Source of the DNA: Candidatus Enterousia sp.
Lineage (GTDB): Bacteria; Pseudomonadota; Alphaproteobacteria; Rs-D84
DNA: 64,000 nucleotides
Reading direction: 5' to 3'
NCBI GenBank assembly: GCA_045614145.1
Contig: JAZLCH010000011.1
Span: 4,198 to 68,197 of the forward strand
A program made the translations under genes and the position numbers. The notes beneath the pieces were generated by a model that was not told the origin of the DNA, searched no databases, and saw only the letters and a list, made by a program, of their open reading frames with translations. This document shows positions 9,783 through 19,146 of the stretch, piece after piece; the first letter of the stretch is position 1; every line of letters starts with the position of its first letter.

Positions 9783-10760
9783 TTAATAATCATAAGGAAT
9801 ACCGCCTAACTCTATCAATTTTAAATTGCCTTCGTATGGTATATTACGTACATATACCTTACATATTTTTTTCTTTATCGCTTGTTCTGCACCAGACCAT
9901 GTGCCGCTTCGGCTTCCAAACCCCGATTTAACAACAAAAGTGTGCTCTGACATTGCGTAAATATACTTGTTGCGGTTCATAAAATGTATTGTTGCATCCA
10001 TTTTAGTTAATGTACGCAAAGGATTGATCTCTGAAATCAACAACATCAATTTATTTTGTATGGCATCAATAATAGTTGGATTTTTTAATGAAATGCGCAT
10101 GTTTTTTGAGAACTCTATAACAGGAAGTTTTTCGGATAATGCGGTTTTTTCTGAAATGCTATCAATTCCTTCAGCGCCACCAGAAACTACCCCAAGATTT
10201 TTCATTAGTTTCTGTTGTTTTATCAGATTTATTGTCCACTCTGTATCAGCAGAATCAACTTCTCTTGCACCAACGAAACCAGCGTATTTTAGTTTCGAAA
10301 GAGTTATGTCACCACAGTAATAAAATAATGGGGGTTCTCGCAAGGAGTTTGGCATGTTTTTTAACCCAGATTTTAACTGATTAGGGTATTCAGAATCAAA
10401 GATTGTGCATATTTTGATGCCATTTTTTTCAAGTTTTTCTATTTCAAATGAAATAGAAGAGGCTCGTTTGAATAAGGTAACTATTTTTTCTGCCAATTCT
10501 TTTGTTATTCTTAACTTGTTGACCATAAACTCTTGGTCTAATTCGTTTATATGGTCGAATTTTATTTTTTGATTTTCAGAAAAAGCGAACAAATCCATTG
10601 TTTTTGGAGTGTTGTATTCATCAATGGCCTTTAACAAATCATAAAATTCTTTATGTGATAACGGTGATATAGAAGATGCGTTAGAACTACTTTCTAAACA
10701 CAAAACTATTGTATTATGTACAGCTTTTGACATTTTAATTTCCTTCACTTGTGTCTGCAA
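9783..10760 (-). CDS. DprA/Smf-like (SLOG superfamily) protein
   Basis: GVVSGGAEGIDSISEKTAL, LISEINP, FMNRNKYIYAMSEHTFVVKSGFGSRSGTWSGAEQA match DprA Rossmann core; start overlaps upstream RecQ-PRTase gene by 26 nt. Confidence 0.75.
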   Translation of the reverse strand: MQTQVKEIKMSKAVHNTIVLCLESSSNASSISPLSHKEFYDLLKAIDEYNTPKTMDLFAFSENQKIKFDHINELDQEFMVNKLRITKELAEKIVTLFKRASSISFEIEKLEKNGIKICTIFDSEYPNQLKSGLKNMPNSLREPPLFYYCGDITLSKLKYAGFVGAREVDSADTEWTINLIKQQKLMKNLGVVSGGAEGIDSISEKTALSEKLPVIEFSKNMRISLKNPTIIDAIQNKLMLLISEINPLRTLTKMDATIHFMNRNKYIYAMSEHTFVVKSGFGSRSGTWSGAEQAIKKKICKVYVRNIPYEGNLKLIELGGIPYDY

Positions 10761-12768
10761 GACAAAATGGTGTTACACTATTTGCCCCATGTCTCATTAA
10801 TAAATCTCCACACACAGTAATAGTCCATCTTGAATCGACCATATCGTCTATCAGCAATATGTTATTGCCATCAATCGATGTTTCTTCTGGTATAGAAAAC
10901 GACTCTCTTGCATTTCTGCATTGAAATGCAGAGTTTTCCATATTTTTTTGCTGGGGTGCGTCGGTTTTCTGGACTAGCTCCACAAATTGAACACCAAGCA
11001 TTTTAGACAGTTTCTTAGTAAAAGTTTTAACTTTGTCACTTCTTAAAGAAGGAACGCAAGTTATCAAATCGATATTTCTGTCTTTTATGAGATCGGCTAA
11101 AACTTCTACTGATTTTATAATCAACTCCTCTCTAAAATCATTATTTCTATATTTGTCTTCTTGAACCATGGTTCCATAACCACTATCCCCATATTTGCAT
11201 AAACATATACCTGGTGTTAGTAGATGTTCAATTTTTTTTGAATCTGGCCATAGTTTTCTTGGTTCTATAATCAGAAATTGGTTTTTTAAGAAAATTTGTG
11301 CCTTTTCGAGAGATGCTTTTGTATAGGTCACAGGTATCAGTGGCTTCCCAAGACAATTAGAGCATTTGCCACAATCTCTCGAAGTTATATTGTTCAAACA
11401 ATCTACAGTATATCTTAGCAGGCATTTGTCAGTCTTTGTTATGTCATACATTTGCTGCATTTCTTGCCTTCGCATATTGGTAATGGCATTGTATTTATTG
11501 CGATCGTATTCAAATATTTTTGTGGGAACACGATAAAACCTAGAACCGTCTTTTCGTAAATAGCCATCAAATTCTAGAAAATCCAACGCATTTTGAATAA
11601 TTTTGCCCCGATAATTAAGTAGGTGCGATATTTCTGCTTTACTCTTGCCATCTATATTCATCAAGACATTTTCGCAGACGTCCTCTCTTGGGAAGGCATT
11701 GTCTATAAAATGATTAAGTATTCTAGTGTCGTCATCTGATGACATAAGAATAGCATATGCCGATGGAATGCTGCGTCCTGCACGACCAATTTGTTGATAA
11801 TAAGACACTATATTTTGTGGCCTCTGAAAATTAATAACAAAACCAATGTCCGGTTTATCATATCCCATACCTAATTTTATGGTTGCGATTATTGCTTTTA
11901 TTTCATTGTGTTTGAATTTATTTATTGCCTCACTATTTTCTTTTTCTCTTGACTCGGCAGAATAATAACTTGCCGTTGCAATACCGTTATTAGATAAAAA
12001 AGTATGCAAGTTTTCACAATCTCTACGGGTCAAACAATAAATTATACCAGTTCCAGGCAAATCATTCAAATGATCTAACAGCCATGCGTATTTTTCGCCT
12101 TTTGCAGACAAATCAACCAGTGATAAATGCAATGATTCTCGCATAAGATCACCACGAGATACAAATAAGTCCGAGCCCAAATGTTCCTTTAAATCTTCTA
12201 TTACCCGATCATTTGCGGTTGCAGTAGTACATAATACAGAAGTGGTATCTGGGAAGATTGCTATGATTTTGTACAAACGACTGTATTCGCGTCTGAAATC
12301 ATGTCCCCAATCGGATAAACAATGTGCTTCATCAATCACAAATAAATCGATAGCTAAATCTGTAATGATTTCTTGTAATTCACCGCCAAATAGGGTTTCG
12401 GGTGTCGTAAAAAATATATCTATACAACCATTTTTTAGATCGTCTAATATTTTTGCTCGCTCGGCCGTATCTTTTATTGTTGAATTTAGAACCGAACACT
12501 TTAAATTAAATTTTTTAGCGGCTTCAATCTGGTTGTTCATTAGTTCTAATAGGGGGCTAACAACAAATGTCATTCCCTTGCCATCCTGGCGTAATAATTT
12601 GGCGGATATAAAATAAATTAGACTCTTTCCCCAACCTGTTTTTTGTACAACTAAAGTACGCTTGTGTTGCAAAGTAGATTCTATGGCTTCAAATTGTCCT
12701 TCTCTAAATGTTGCCTGAGAGCCATAGGCATGCTTCAATAATTGTAAACTTTTTGTTTTTAGATCCAT
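10735..12768 (-). CDS. RecQ-family helicase fused to C-terminal phosphoribosyltransferase (ComFC-like) domain
   Basis: KTGWGKS Walker A; VIDEAHCLSDWGHDFR (RecQ motif II); Cys cluster; C-terminal ILLIDDMVD...PRTase-like motif. Confidence 0.8.
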   Translation of the reverse strand: MDLKTKSLQLLKHAYGSQATFREGQFEAIESTLQHKRTLVVQKTGWGKSLIYFISAKLLRQDGKGMTFVVSPLLELMNNQIEAAKKFNLKCSVLNSTIKDTAERAKILDDLKNGCIDIFFTTPETLFGGELQEIITDLAIDLFVIDEAHCLSDWGHDFRREYSRLYKIIAIFPDTTSVLCTTATANDRVIEDLKEHLGSDLFVSRGDLMRESLHLSLVDLSAKGEKYAWLLDHLNDLPGTGIIYCLTRRDCENLHTFLSNNGIATASYYSAESREKENSEAINKFKHNEIKAIIATIKLGMGYDKPDIGFVINFQRPQNIVSYYQQIGRAGRSIPSAYAILMSSDDDTRILNHFIDNAFPREDVCENVLMNIDGKSKAEISHLLNYRGKIIQNALDFLEFDGYLRKDGSRFYRVPTKIFEYDRNKYNAITNMRRQEMQQMYDITKTDKCLLRYTVDCLNNITSRDCGKCSNCLGKPLIPVTYTKASLEKAQIFLKNQFLIIEPRKLWPDSKKIEHLLTPGICLCKYGDSGYGTMVQEDKYRNNDFREELIIKSVEVLADLIKDRNIDLITCVPSLRSDKVKTFTKKLSKMLGVQFVELVQKTDAPQQKNMENSAFQCRNARESFSIPEETSIDGNNILLIDDMVDSRWTITVCGDLLMRHGANSVTPFCLADTSEGN

Positions 12769-12942
12769 GATGTAAAATCATACTATCCGTTACCGTATTA
12801 AATCAACTATATTTTTGAACTCAATGAGTTTATAAATATTGTAAAATATGAAAGCGAATCCAGCCCCGAAATCACAGATGGGGAATGAAAAACAGTGATA
12901 TATTCAACATATCGCTAACTTTTACCCAAAATATAGCGATAT

Positions 12943-15459
12943 TTATCCGGATATCAATTTTGATAGGGCTTGAATAAGTTTCGCTTTTTCTTGGCTGCCA
13001 TCGGTTCTAAAGCGAATAAGCGGGATGTTATAGGTGGCAAAAATACTGTCTTTCATTCTATCGCGTTCATATTGTTTTGTGTTTTCGTGGTGGTATTTGG
13101 TGCCGTCAACCTCTATCCCTAATACAGGCTTTTTAGTAACGCGATCAAATATCAGAAAATCGCAATGTGTCATGATATTGTTTGCATAACTGTATTCTTC
13201 GTTGGTTAGTTTTGATAAATCGTTGAAAATTGATTTTAATGGCACGTGCAACGCAACATCGAAGATATTAAATTGTTCTGTTTTTAATACTTCTGTAATT
13301 AAATCGTACATAGCGTTTTCGCTGTCAAATTCTGAAACACTGGACTTTATCATTTGTCTGCGTTTTTCCGCATAGCACTTGTATAAACAATCAAACACTG
13401 AACTTATATCACTTTGTACGACGGTCAGGTTATTATAGTTAATATAGTCAATCAGGGCGCCAATATTAGTGTCTTTTTCTTCTTCGTTGCCATTGGTTAC
13501 AACGATTAGTTGGTCTATGGCACGTGATATGGCCACGTTTAGTCGATTGGACTGATCCGCAAATTCTGAAATTTGATTATCAACCATAGATAGAATGATT
13601 ATGTTTTTCTCGCGTCCCTGGAATTTATCAACCGTATCGGCCTGAACCTTTGTATCCTTGAATATGTTTTGCAGGGCAGTAACCTGATTCCTGTATGGTG
13701 TCACAATGCCCAGACTGTCATCGTTTACATTTAATTTTTGTTGCGGAATAATCTCGTCAACAATAACGTCAATTTGTCTGTGGTTGGTATGGTTTCGGGC
13801 GTGATTGCCGATTTTAGTTTTATATACAACCAAGGGCGTACGGTCGGTATTTGGCCTGGACAGGGATATAAGCTGGCCACCATAGAAGCGTTGGTTACAA
13901 AATTCAATAATCTTTGGGTGACATCTATAGTGTTCCCGTAATATAACAGATGGTATGTCTTTGAACAGTTTTATAACGGTCGACAGCAAGCTGTGATTTT
14001 TATACCTGTAAACCTCTGGAATTTCAAATTTATCAAAAATCGCATCGGTTGTTTTTGCGTTTTCTGTATCCACAACGTTGGGCAGTTGTTTTAAGTCGCC
14101 GACAATTACTGCGTTCTGTGCGCACCCCAATGCCAGTGCACCAGTAACTAAATCAACCTGGGATGCCTCGTCAATTATCACATAGTCAAAAATCCCATCA
14201 AATAGGCAATTTGAAAGGGAATATGTCGTACTAAGAATTACGGGGTATGATTTCAGAAAATCTTTATCGGCCGGATTTGTGGCCCGTTCCAACTTTTTGT
14301 ATTTTTTTGCCAGATTATCTTTGACCAACTGCATAGACCAGTCAGTATATTGTTTGATTTTTTCTGAAAAATTAAATTTTGTAAGTTTCTTTTCTGATTG
14401 CTTGATGTCCTGGGACAGGGTTGCTATGCGCTTTGTATACCAAGCTTGTTGACAGGTTTTTATCACCGTTTCAACATCGCTGTGAAAGAATTGTTTATCT
14501 TTTATCTTGTATTTATAACGAAATATTATACGTTTAATCAGGTTTGGTCGACGATTGCGCTGGGCAAAAATCTCGTATGCCAGCCAAAGCCGCATCGCCT
14601 TGTCATCACTCAGGTGACTGATATTGGATTCATTTATATTTGGGTTTTGTACATGAAAGTGCTGGTATTCGGTGTTCAGCGCATCAAATTCTTGTTTGTT
14701 TTTCGCCGTTCTGTTTTGTTCGGCCAGCATGGTCAGCAGTTTTTCATGCAGTGTTTTGATTTTCTTTATGGTGGATTTTGCCCATTTGTTGCTTCTGTGC
14801 CAATCAGACATATCTGGTAATTTGTGATCTGTTTGGTTAAATGCGGCAATGTTTGCACTGCTGCCCAGAAAAGCCGCCATAAATCCCAAATCGTATTTTT
14901 GCAGTTTTTCCAGCACATTGGCGGTCGCAGAATTGTTTGCAGAAACCACGGCAACCGTTTTCCCCGCCATTACAATATTTGCTATGATATTCAGTATAGT
15001 TTGCGTTTTTCCGGTCCCCGGCGGCCCTTCAATAATAGACAGCTGGTTGGTCAGTGCATTATCAACGGCCTGCTGTTGGCTAATATTAAATCCAAAGGGG
15101 TACAACGGCGTATCTGATATCTTGCTGTTATTGTCCCTGTATTCGCCAGATAAAAAGTCATATAAAACGGTTTCTTTGGATTTTTCGTTAATACGATTAA
15201 GGTTTTTAAGCAAAATATTCTGACCATAATCATTGTTCAAACCTACGGAATCCGCAATCGAACGCAAGTATGCAAATACTTTTTTTGCTCTTTGCTCATC
15301 CTGTTTTATTGGTTCTAATCTAATACTACTTCTGCTGTAAGAGTATGACCGACCGTTTTTAAACATGACATTTATTTTATTGCCATCGGGTTCTATCAGC
15401 AGAATATCCTTGGTCAGATCTTCGCCTTTAATAAAAATCTTATGTGTTTCTGTATCCAT
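12943..15459 (-). CDS. SF1 (Upf1/Dna2-like) helicase with C-terminal DUF559 endonuclease-like domain
   Basis: IEGPPGTGKTQT Walker A; VIIDEASQ motif II; C-terminal LGIEVDGTKYHH...IPLIRFR DUF559 motif. Confidence 0.8.
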   Translation of the reverse strand: MDTETHKIFIKGEDLTKDILLIEPDGNKINVMFKNGRSYSYSRSSIRLEPIKQDEQRAKKVFAYLRSIADSVGLNNDYGQNILLKNLNRINEKSKETVLYDFLSGEYRDNNSKISDTPLYPFGFNISQQQAVDNALTNQLSIIEGPPGTGKTQTILNIIANIVMAGKTVAVVSANNSATANVLEKLQKYDLGFMAAFLGSSANIAAFNQTDHKLPDMSDWHRSNKWAKSTIKKIKTLHEKLLTMLAEQNRTAKNKQEFDALNTEYQHFHVQNPNINESNISHLSDDKAMRLWLAYEIFAQRNRRPNLIKRIIFRYKYKIKDKQFFHSDVETVIKTCQQAWYTKRIATLSQDIKQSEKKLTKFNFSEKIKQYTDWSMQLVKDNLAKKYKKLERATNPADKDFLKSYPVILSTTYSLSNCLFDGIFDYVIIDEASQVDLVTGALALGCAQNAVIVGDLKQLPNVVDTENAKTTDAIFDKFEIPEVYRYKNHSLLSTVIKLFKDIPSVILREHYRCHPKIIEFCNQRFYGGQLISLSRPNTDRTPLVVYKTKIGNHARNHTNHRQIDVIVDEIIPQQKLNVNDDSLGIVTPYRNQVTALQNIFKDTKVQADTVDKFQGREKNIIILSMVDNQISEFADQSNRLNVAISRAIDQLIVVTNGNEEEKDTNIGALIDYINYNNLTVVQSDISSVFDCLYKCYAEKRRQMIKSSVSEFDSENAMYDLITEVLKTEQFNIFDVALHVPLKSIFNDLSKLTNEEYSYANNIMTHCDFLIFDRVTKKPVLGIEVDGTKYHHENTKQYERDRMKDSIFATYNIPLIRFRTDGSQEKAKLIQALSKLISG

Positions 15460-15507
15460 GTTATATAGGAAAATATATCAAAACATACATGGGATTATCA
15501 ATATATT

Positions 15508-16296
15508 TTAGGGATGTTGATTCTCCAACTCCATTACAATCTCCAACAAATCGTCTGGGATATAGCTTTTGGCCTGGTCGATTAGTTCGGGTGGAGTGCC
15601 GTAATAGGCTTCGGCTACAGAGCCTGTGATTGCGGCAATTGTATCACTGTCGCCACCGATAGAGATTGCGTTGCGGATTGCATCTTCAAAATCCGTTGAT
15701 TCAAAGAAACATTGCAGGGCGGGCGGTACCGTTCCCTGGCACGATGAATCCCAATCATAGTATTCCTGTAAATCCGCCAAGCAGTCGCATGTCGGGTAAT
15801 AGTTGCTGCGGATGTATTCGGCTATGTCGTCTTTGCTGTGGCCAGTGCGTGCCATGAATATAGCAACGGCAACCGCTTCGGCACCCTTGATGCCTTCGAT
15901 ATGGTCGTGGGTTGGGGATGTGACCATGTATGACAGGCGTTTGACTTCTGCGATATTTTCGCCAAACCACCCAGCCGCAGATACTCGCATTGCCGCCCCG
16001 TTGCCCCAGCTGTTATACGGGCCCATAGTCGGGTCGTTCAGCCATTCCCAAAACATACCGCCATAGCCTTTGTTCGGATATGCCTTGCCAACAACACGCA
16101 TGGTGTCGGCTGTAATTTGGCTCAGGTCGCCACCTTGCTCACGCCATTGTTTGATTGCGCTGGCCACCGCTATGGACATACATGAATCATCCGTGATATA
16201 GCAACGGTCGGTCATAAAAGGGAAGTTCTTGGACCGGATATTTGCAAATTCATAAACAGACCCGGCAATGTCACCAATAATCGCACCAAACAGCAT
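15508..16296 (-). CDS. ADP-ribosylglycohydrolase (DraG/ARH family)
   Basis: MLFGAIIGDIAGSVYEF N-terminus and overall ARH-like sequence. Confidence 0.75.
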   Translation of the reverse strand: MLFGAIIGDIAGSVYEFANIRSKNFPFMTDRCYITDDSCMSIAVASAIKQWREQGGDLSQITADTMRVVGKAYPNKGYGGMFWEWLNDPTMGPYNSWGNGAAMRVSAAGWFGENIAEVKRLSYMVTSPTHDHIEGIKGAEAVAVAIFMARTGHSKDDIAEYIRSNYYPTCDCLADLQEYYDWDSSCQGTVPPALQCFFESTDFEDAIRNAISIGGDSDTIAAITGSVAEAYYGTPPELIDQAKSYIPDDLLEIVMELENQHP

Positions 16297-16367
16297 AGTT
16301 TTCTCCTTTCATATCACTTTAGGACATGTGGCCCAAATGTCAACCATAACACTTCAAAGAAACTGGT

Positions 16368-18620
16368 TTAGGCCACTAATATATCTTCTCTGATAATATC
16401 ATTCCAATCACGAGAGACGGCTTCTTGATTTTTAAATCTAAAAATGCTTTTGCTCAAGATTTCTTCACGAAATACTTGATTCTCGTACAACATATTAAAG
16501 TCTGATACACTCATAAAACAGATTTTTTCAAATAAATCGGTTTCCTTGGTGTTTATAATGTCATAAAGATTCTCTTCTTGGGCATTGGTGATATAGATAA
16601 ATATTGTAAGACTGGCAATTAAAATATCTATTTTAGAACGCCGTATTTCAAACATCGGTGGTGGGGCCGGCGTGTCCGTTTTTGGTTGTTTTGGGTTAGA
16701 TGTTGTTTTAGAGGTAGGCTTTTTTTCTTCCTTTTTAGGCTGTTTTGCTTCGTTTTTATATAACGGAATCTTATCAATGATAGCCAATAGCTTTTCAGAC
16801 ATTTTTAAAGAGATTTGCACGCTAAAGTTGTTTGAACGTTGAAAGTCGCGTTTGAGTTTTTCTGGGTCTAAATCCAGGGTAATATATCGCATCAGATCAT
16901 CGTATGTAACAGATTTCATATCCCCATCTAGGTATAAATATGTAGCGATAAGGTTTTCTTCTAAATTTTCTTTTGGAGATTTTTTTCGGTCCCCATTCTT
17001 TTCCGAGAAGCTTTTCATATTTTCAAAATAACGTTTTGGATTAAAATCAAAGACATAGCATTCGGATTTGCCAGCGTACGGACTCTGACAGCGGAATATA
17101 CTTTGAAAGAAGTCTTGGGCAGAGTGTTTGTCTTGCAACATTACAACAGAGTTTAGCTCTTTAATTGTAACACCTGTATTTAGCATGCCGCATGACAGGC
17201 AAATGATTTTATCGGTTTTTTTCTGTAGTTCTTTAAATTTCTCTAAAGACTTTACACTGCTTCCCACACCAGCACCTGTGGCATTAATTATTTCATAGTC
17301 CTTAAAGAATGTGTGATTCTTAAGAAAGGTTTCCATTGCGCAAACACTGGCTACATCTGGAAGAAACCACAAGGATTTTTTATTCTTTGATTTCATGTCA
17401 CCATAATAGGGCAATTTGACATTTGGACGTTTGGTTTTGGTTGTGCCGTCTGTTTTTCCCAGGTCAAAGGTTTCGCCACACATAAAGTCAATTATGTTTT
17501 TGACCCAGTCTTCTTGGGCAAATTGTTTTGTGTCTGAGTTTACATTAAATATTTTGTTTATATTGAATTCTTTTTCGCCAAATTCGTTAATTAAATCGCA
17601 TACGCCGTCAAAGGTATAAATTTTCATATCTGGCAGGTCACGATATGGATTTTCTTCTGCTGGCCCGGTCCAGCCATATTTGGCCTTTTGTTCGTCTCGA
17701 TATGTCCAGTTAAATATTTGCCAAGGCTTGTATTCTGAATCTTCCAGGATTTTAAATGGCGTTCCCGACAGTTCAAGCAAGCGCTTGTACTTTAATTTTT
17801 CTAATATTTTTTTCGTATTTGTAGCACGGGTTCCGTAGTGAGCTTCGTCAATTATCAATAAATCCCAATCGATATTGGCGATGTTCTTTATTTTATCTGT
17901 AAAGCCGGCAATATCACCTGGCTTAATATCGCTGGCTGCTGCTTCGTCATCTTCTGCGGCCAATTGTTTATTCGCCAATAACAATGGGATAGAAATAAAG
18001 ACGATATTTTTGTTGTTGGGGTCAAAAGAGGTCAGGTTATCTTTATTTATAAAGTTTATGCCACGAAAATCATGATGGCTCAGCAAATCTGTCTTCCATC
18101 CATCTTCCACAGCCACTTTCCATGTCAAAATTAATGCGTTTTTATATGCGGCCCGTTTAAACAGCTGGTATGCTGTAAAGGTCTTTCCAAAACGCATTTT
18201 GCAATTCCACAGAAATTTGTCGCTTTGTTTAAACTCATCCAAGGTGGCTTTGATGCAATCGTCTTGCTCTTTTCGTGGCGGAAAGTTTTCGGTGCGTTTT
18301 AAATCATATACTGTATTGGTTTCTAGTGCGACAATTATGGCTTTTATTATATTAACACCATTTTCTTGTCCAAAATCAAATGTTTCACGACCGTTTACAT
18401 CTGCAGGTCGTTTATATCCTAATTTTTCTAATTCGTTATGGATTAATGTATCAAGATTTTTGGTTTTATGTGGGATGTTAAAATTATGCTTCACAAACAA
18501 TGTTTCTGTGGCTTGCTTGCGATATGTATGCTTTATATATTCATCAACATTGCCTGCCGTTTCCCCAATAGATATGTAATTATTTTTAGAATCTTTTGTT
18601 TTTATTACATAAATATTCAT
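16368..18620 (-). CDS. N-terminal T5orf172 (GIY-YIG-like) domain fused to SF2 ResIII-type helicase
   Basis: NIYVIK...YISIGET...LIHNELEKLGYKR...GRETFDF T5orf172 pattern; RFGKT Walker A; LLIIDEAHYG motif II. Confidence 0.7.
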   Translation of the reverse strand: MNIYVIKTKDSKNNYISIGETAGNVDEYIKHTYRKQATETLFVKHNFNIPHKTKNLDTLIHNELEKLGYKRPADVNGRETFDFGQENGVNIIKAIIVALETNTVYDLKRTENFPPRKEQDDCIKATLDEFKQSDKFLWNCKMRFGKTFTAYQLFKRAAYKNALILTWKVAVEDGWKTDLLSHHDFRGINFINKDNLTSFDPNNKNIVFISIPLLLANKQLAAEDDEAAASDIKPGDIAGFTDKIKNIANIDWDLLIIDEAHYGTRATNTKKILEKLKYKRLLELSGTPFKILEDSEYKPWQIFNWTYRDEQKAKYGWTGPAEENPYRDLPDMKIYTFDGVCDLINEFGEKEFNINKIFNVNSDTKQFAQEDWVKNIIDFMCGETFDLGKTDGTTKTKRPNVKLPYYGDMKSKNKKSLWFLPDVASVCAMETFLKNHTFFKDYEIINATGAGVGSSVKSLEKFKELQKKTDKIICLSCGMLNTGVTIKELNSVVMLQDKHSAQDFFQSIFRCQSPYAGKSECYVFDFNPKRYFENMKSFSEKNGDRKKSPKENLEENLIATYLYLDGDMKSVTYDDLMRYITLDLDPEKLKRDFQRSNNFSVQISLKMSEKLLAIIDKIPLYKNEAKQPKKEEKKPTSKTTSNPKQPKTDTPAPPPMFEIRRSKIDILIASLTIFIYITNAQEENLYDIINTKETDLFEKICFMSVSDFNMLYENQVFREEILSKSIFRFKNQEAVSRDWNDIIREDILVA

Positions 18621-18630
18621 ATCTCAATCC

Positions 18631-19146
18631 TTATAATTCTAGCTCTGTCTGTACTGGTTCTGCATTTAACATCTGTTTTAGTGTTTCAAATTGTCCAGTT
18701 TTCCAATCTTTAAATTTCAAATCGTCACCATTGCAGTCCAACATGGTCAATGTGTTGCCACAAATAATGTTGGTTTCCAAGATTTCGACTATGTTTTTAA
18801 TGTTTCGCCAACAAACACATTCTTTTTTTTGAATTTCGGCAAGTACAATACCCAACATTCGACATCTGCATTCTTCGACATTGTCTGGCATAATATCCAC
18901 ACCGTATATTGATTGCAGGGCACGAACACAGTCATTAATGTCTTTACAAAGCCTTAATTTTCGGCTTAGGATCTCAATAATAAAGTTTCCGTTTCCACAT
19001 GCGGGTTCAAGAAATGTTGCATCAATGTTCTTCCATATTTCTTTGGGAATCAGATTACACATATTGCGCACAATCTTGCGTGGGGTAAAAACTTCCCCCA
19101 GGTCCCGAACACGTGTACAAGATTTAATCAAGGAACACTTACTCAT
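18631..19146 (-). CDS. truncated N6-adenine methyltransferase paralog (motifs X and I only, no NPPY)
   Basis: GEVFTPRKIVRNMCNLIP and canonical EPACGNGNFI; start overlaps upstream MTase stop (ATGA). Confidence 0.5.
   Translation of the reverse strand: MSKCSLIKSCTRVRDLGEVFTPRKIVRNMCNLIPKEIWKNIDATFLEPACGNGNFIIEILSRKLRLCKDINDCVRALQSIYGVDIMPDNVEECRCRMLGIVLAEIQKKECVCWRNIKNIVEILETNIICGNTLTMLDCNGDDLKFKDWKTGQFETLKQMLNAEPVQTELEL

Noticed and set aside
12880-12945. Inverted repeat atatcgcta...tagcgatat downstream of the SF1 helicase gene as intrinsic terminator
   Set aside because: No U-run follows the hairpin on the transcribed (minus) strand; could be an operator or nothing.
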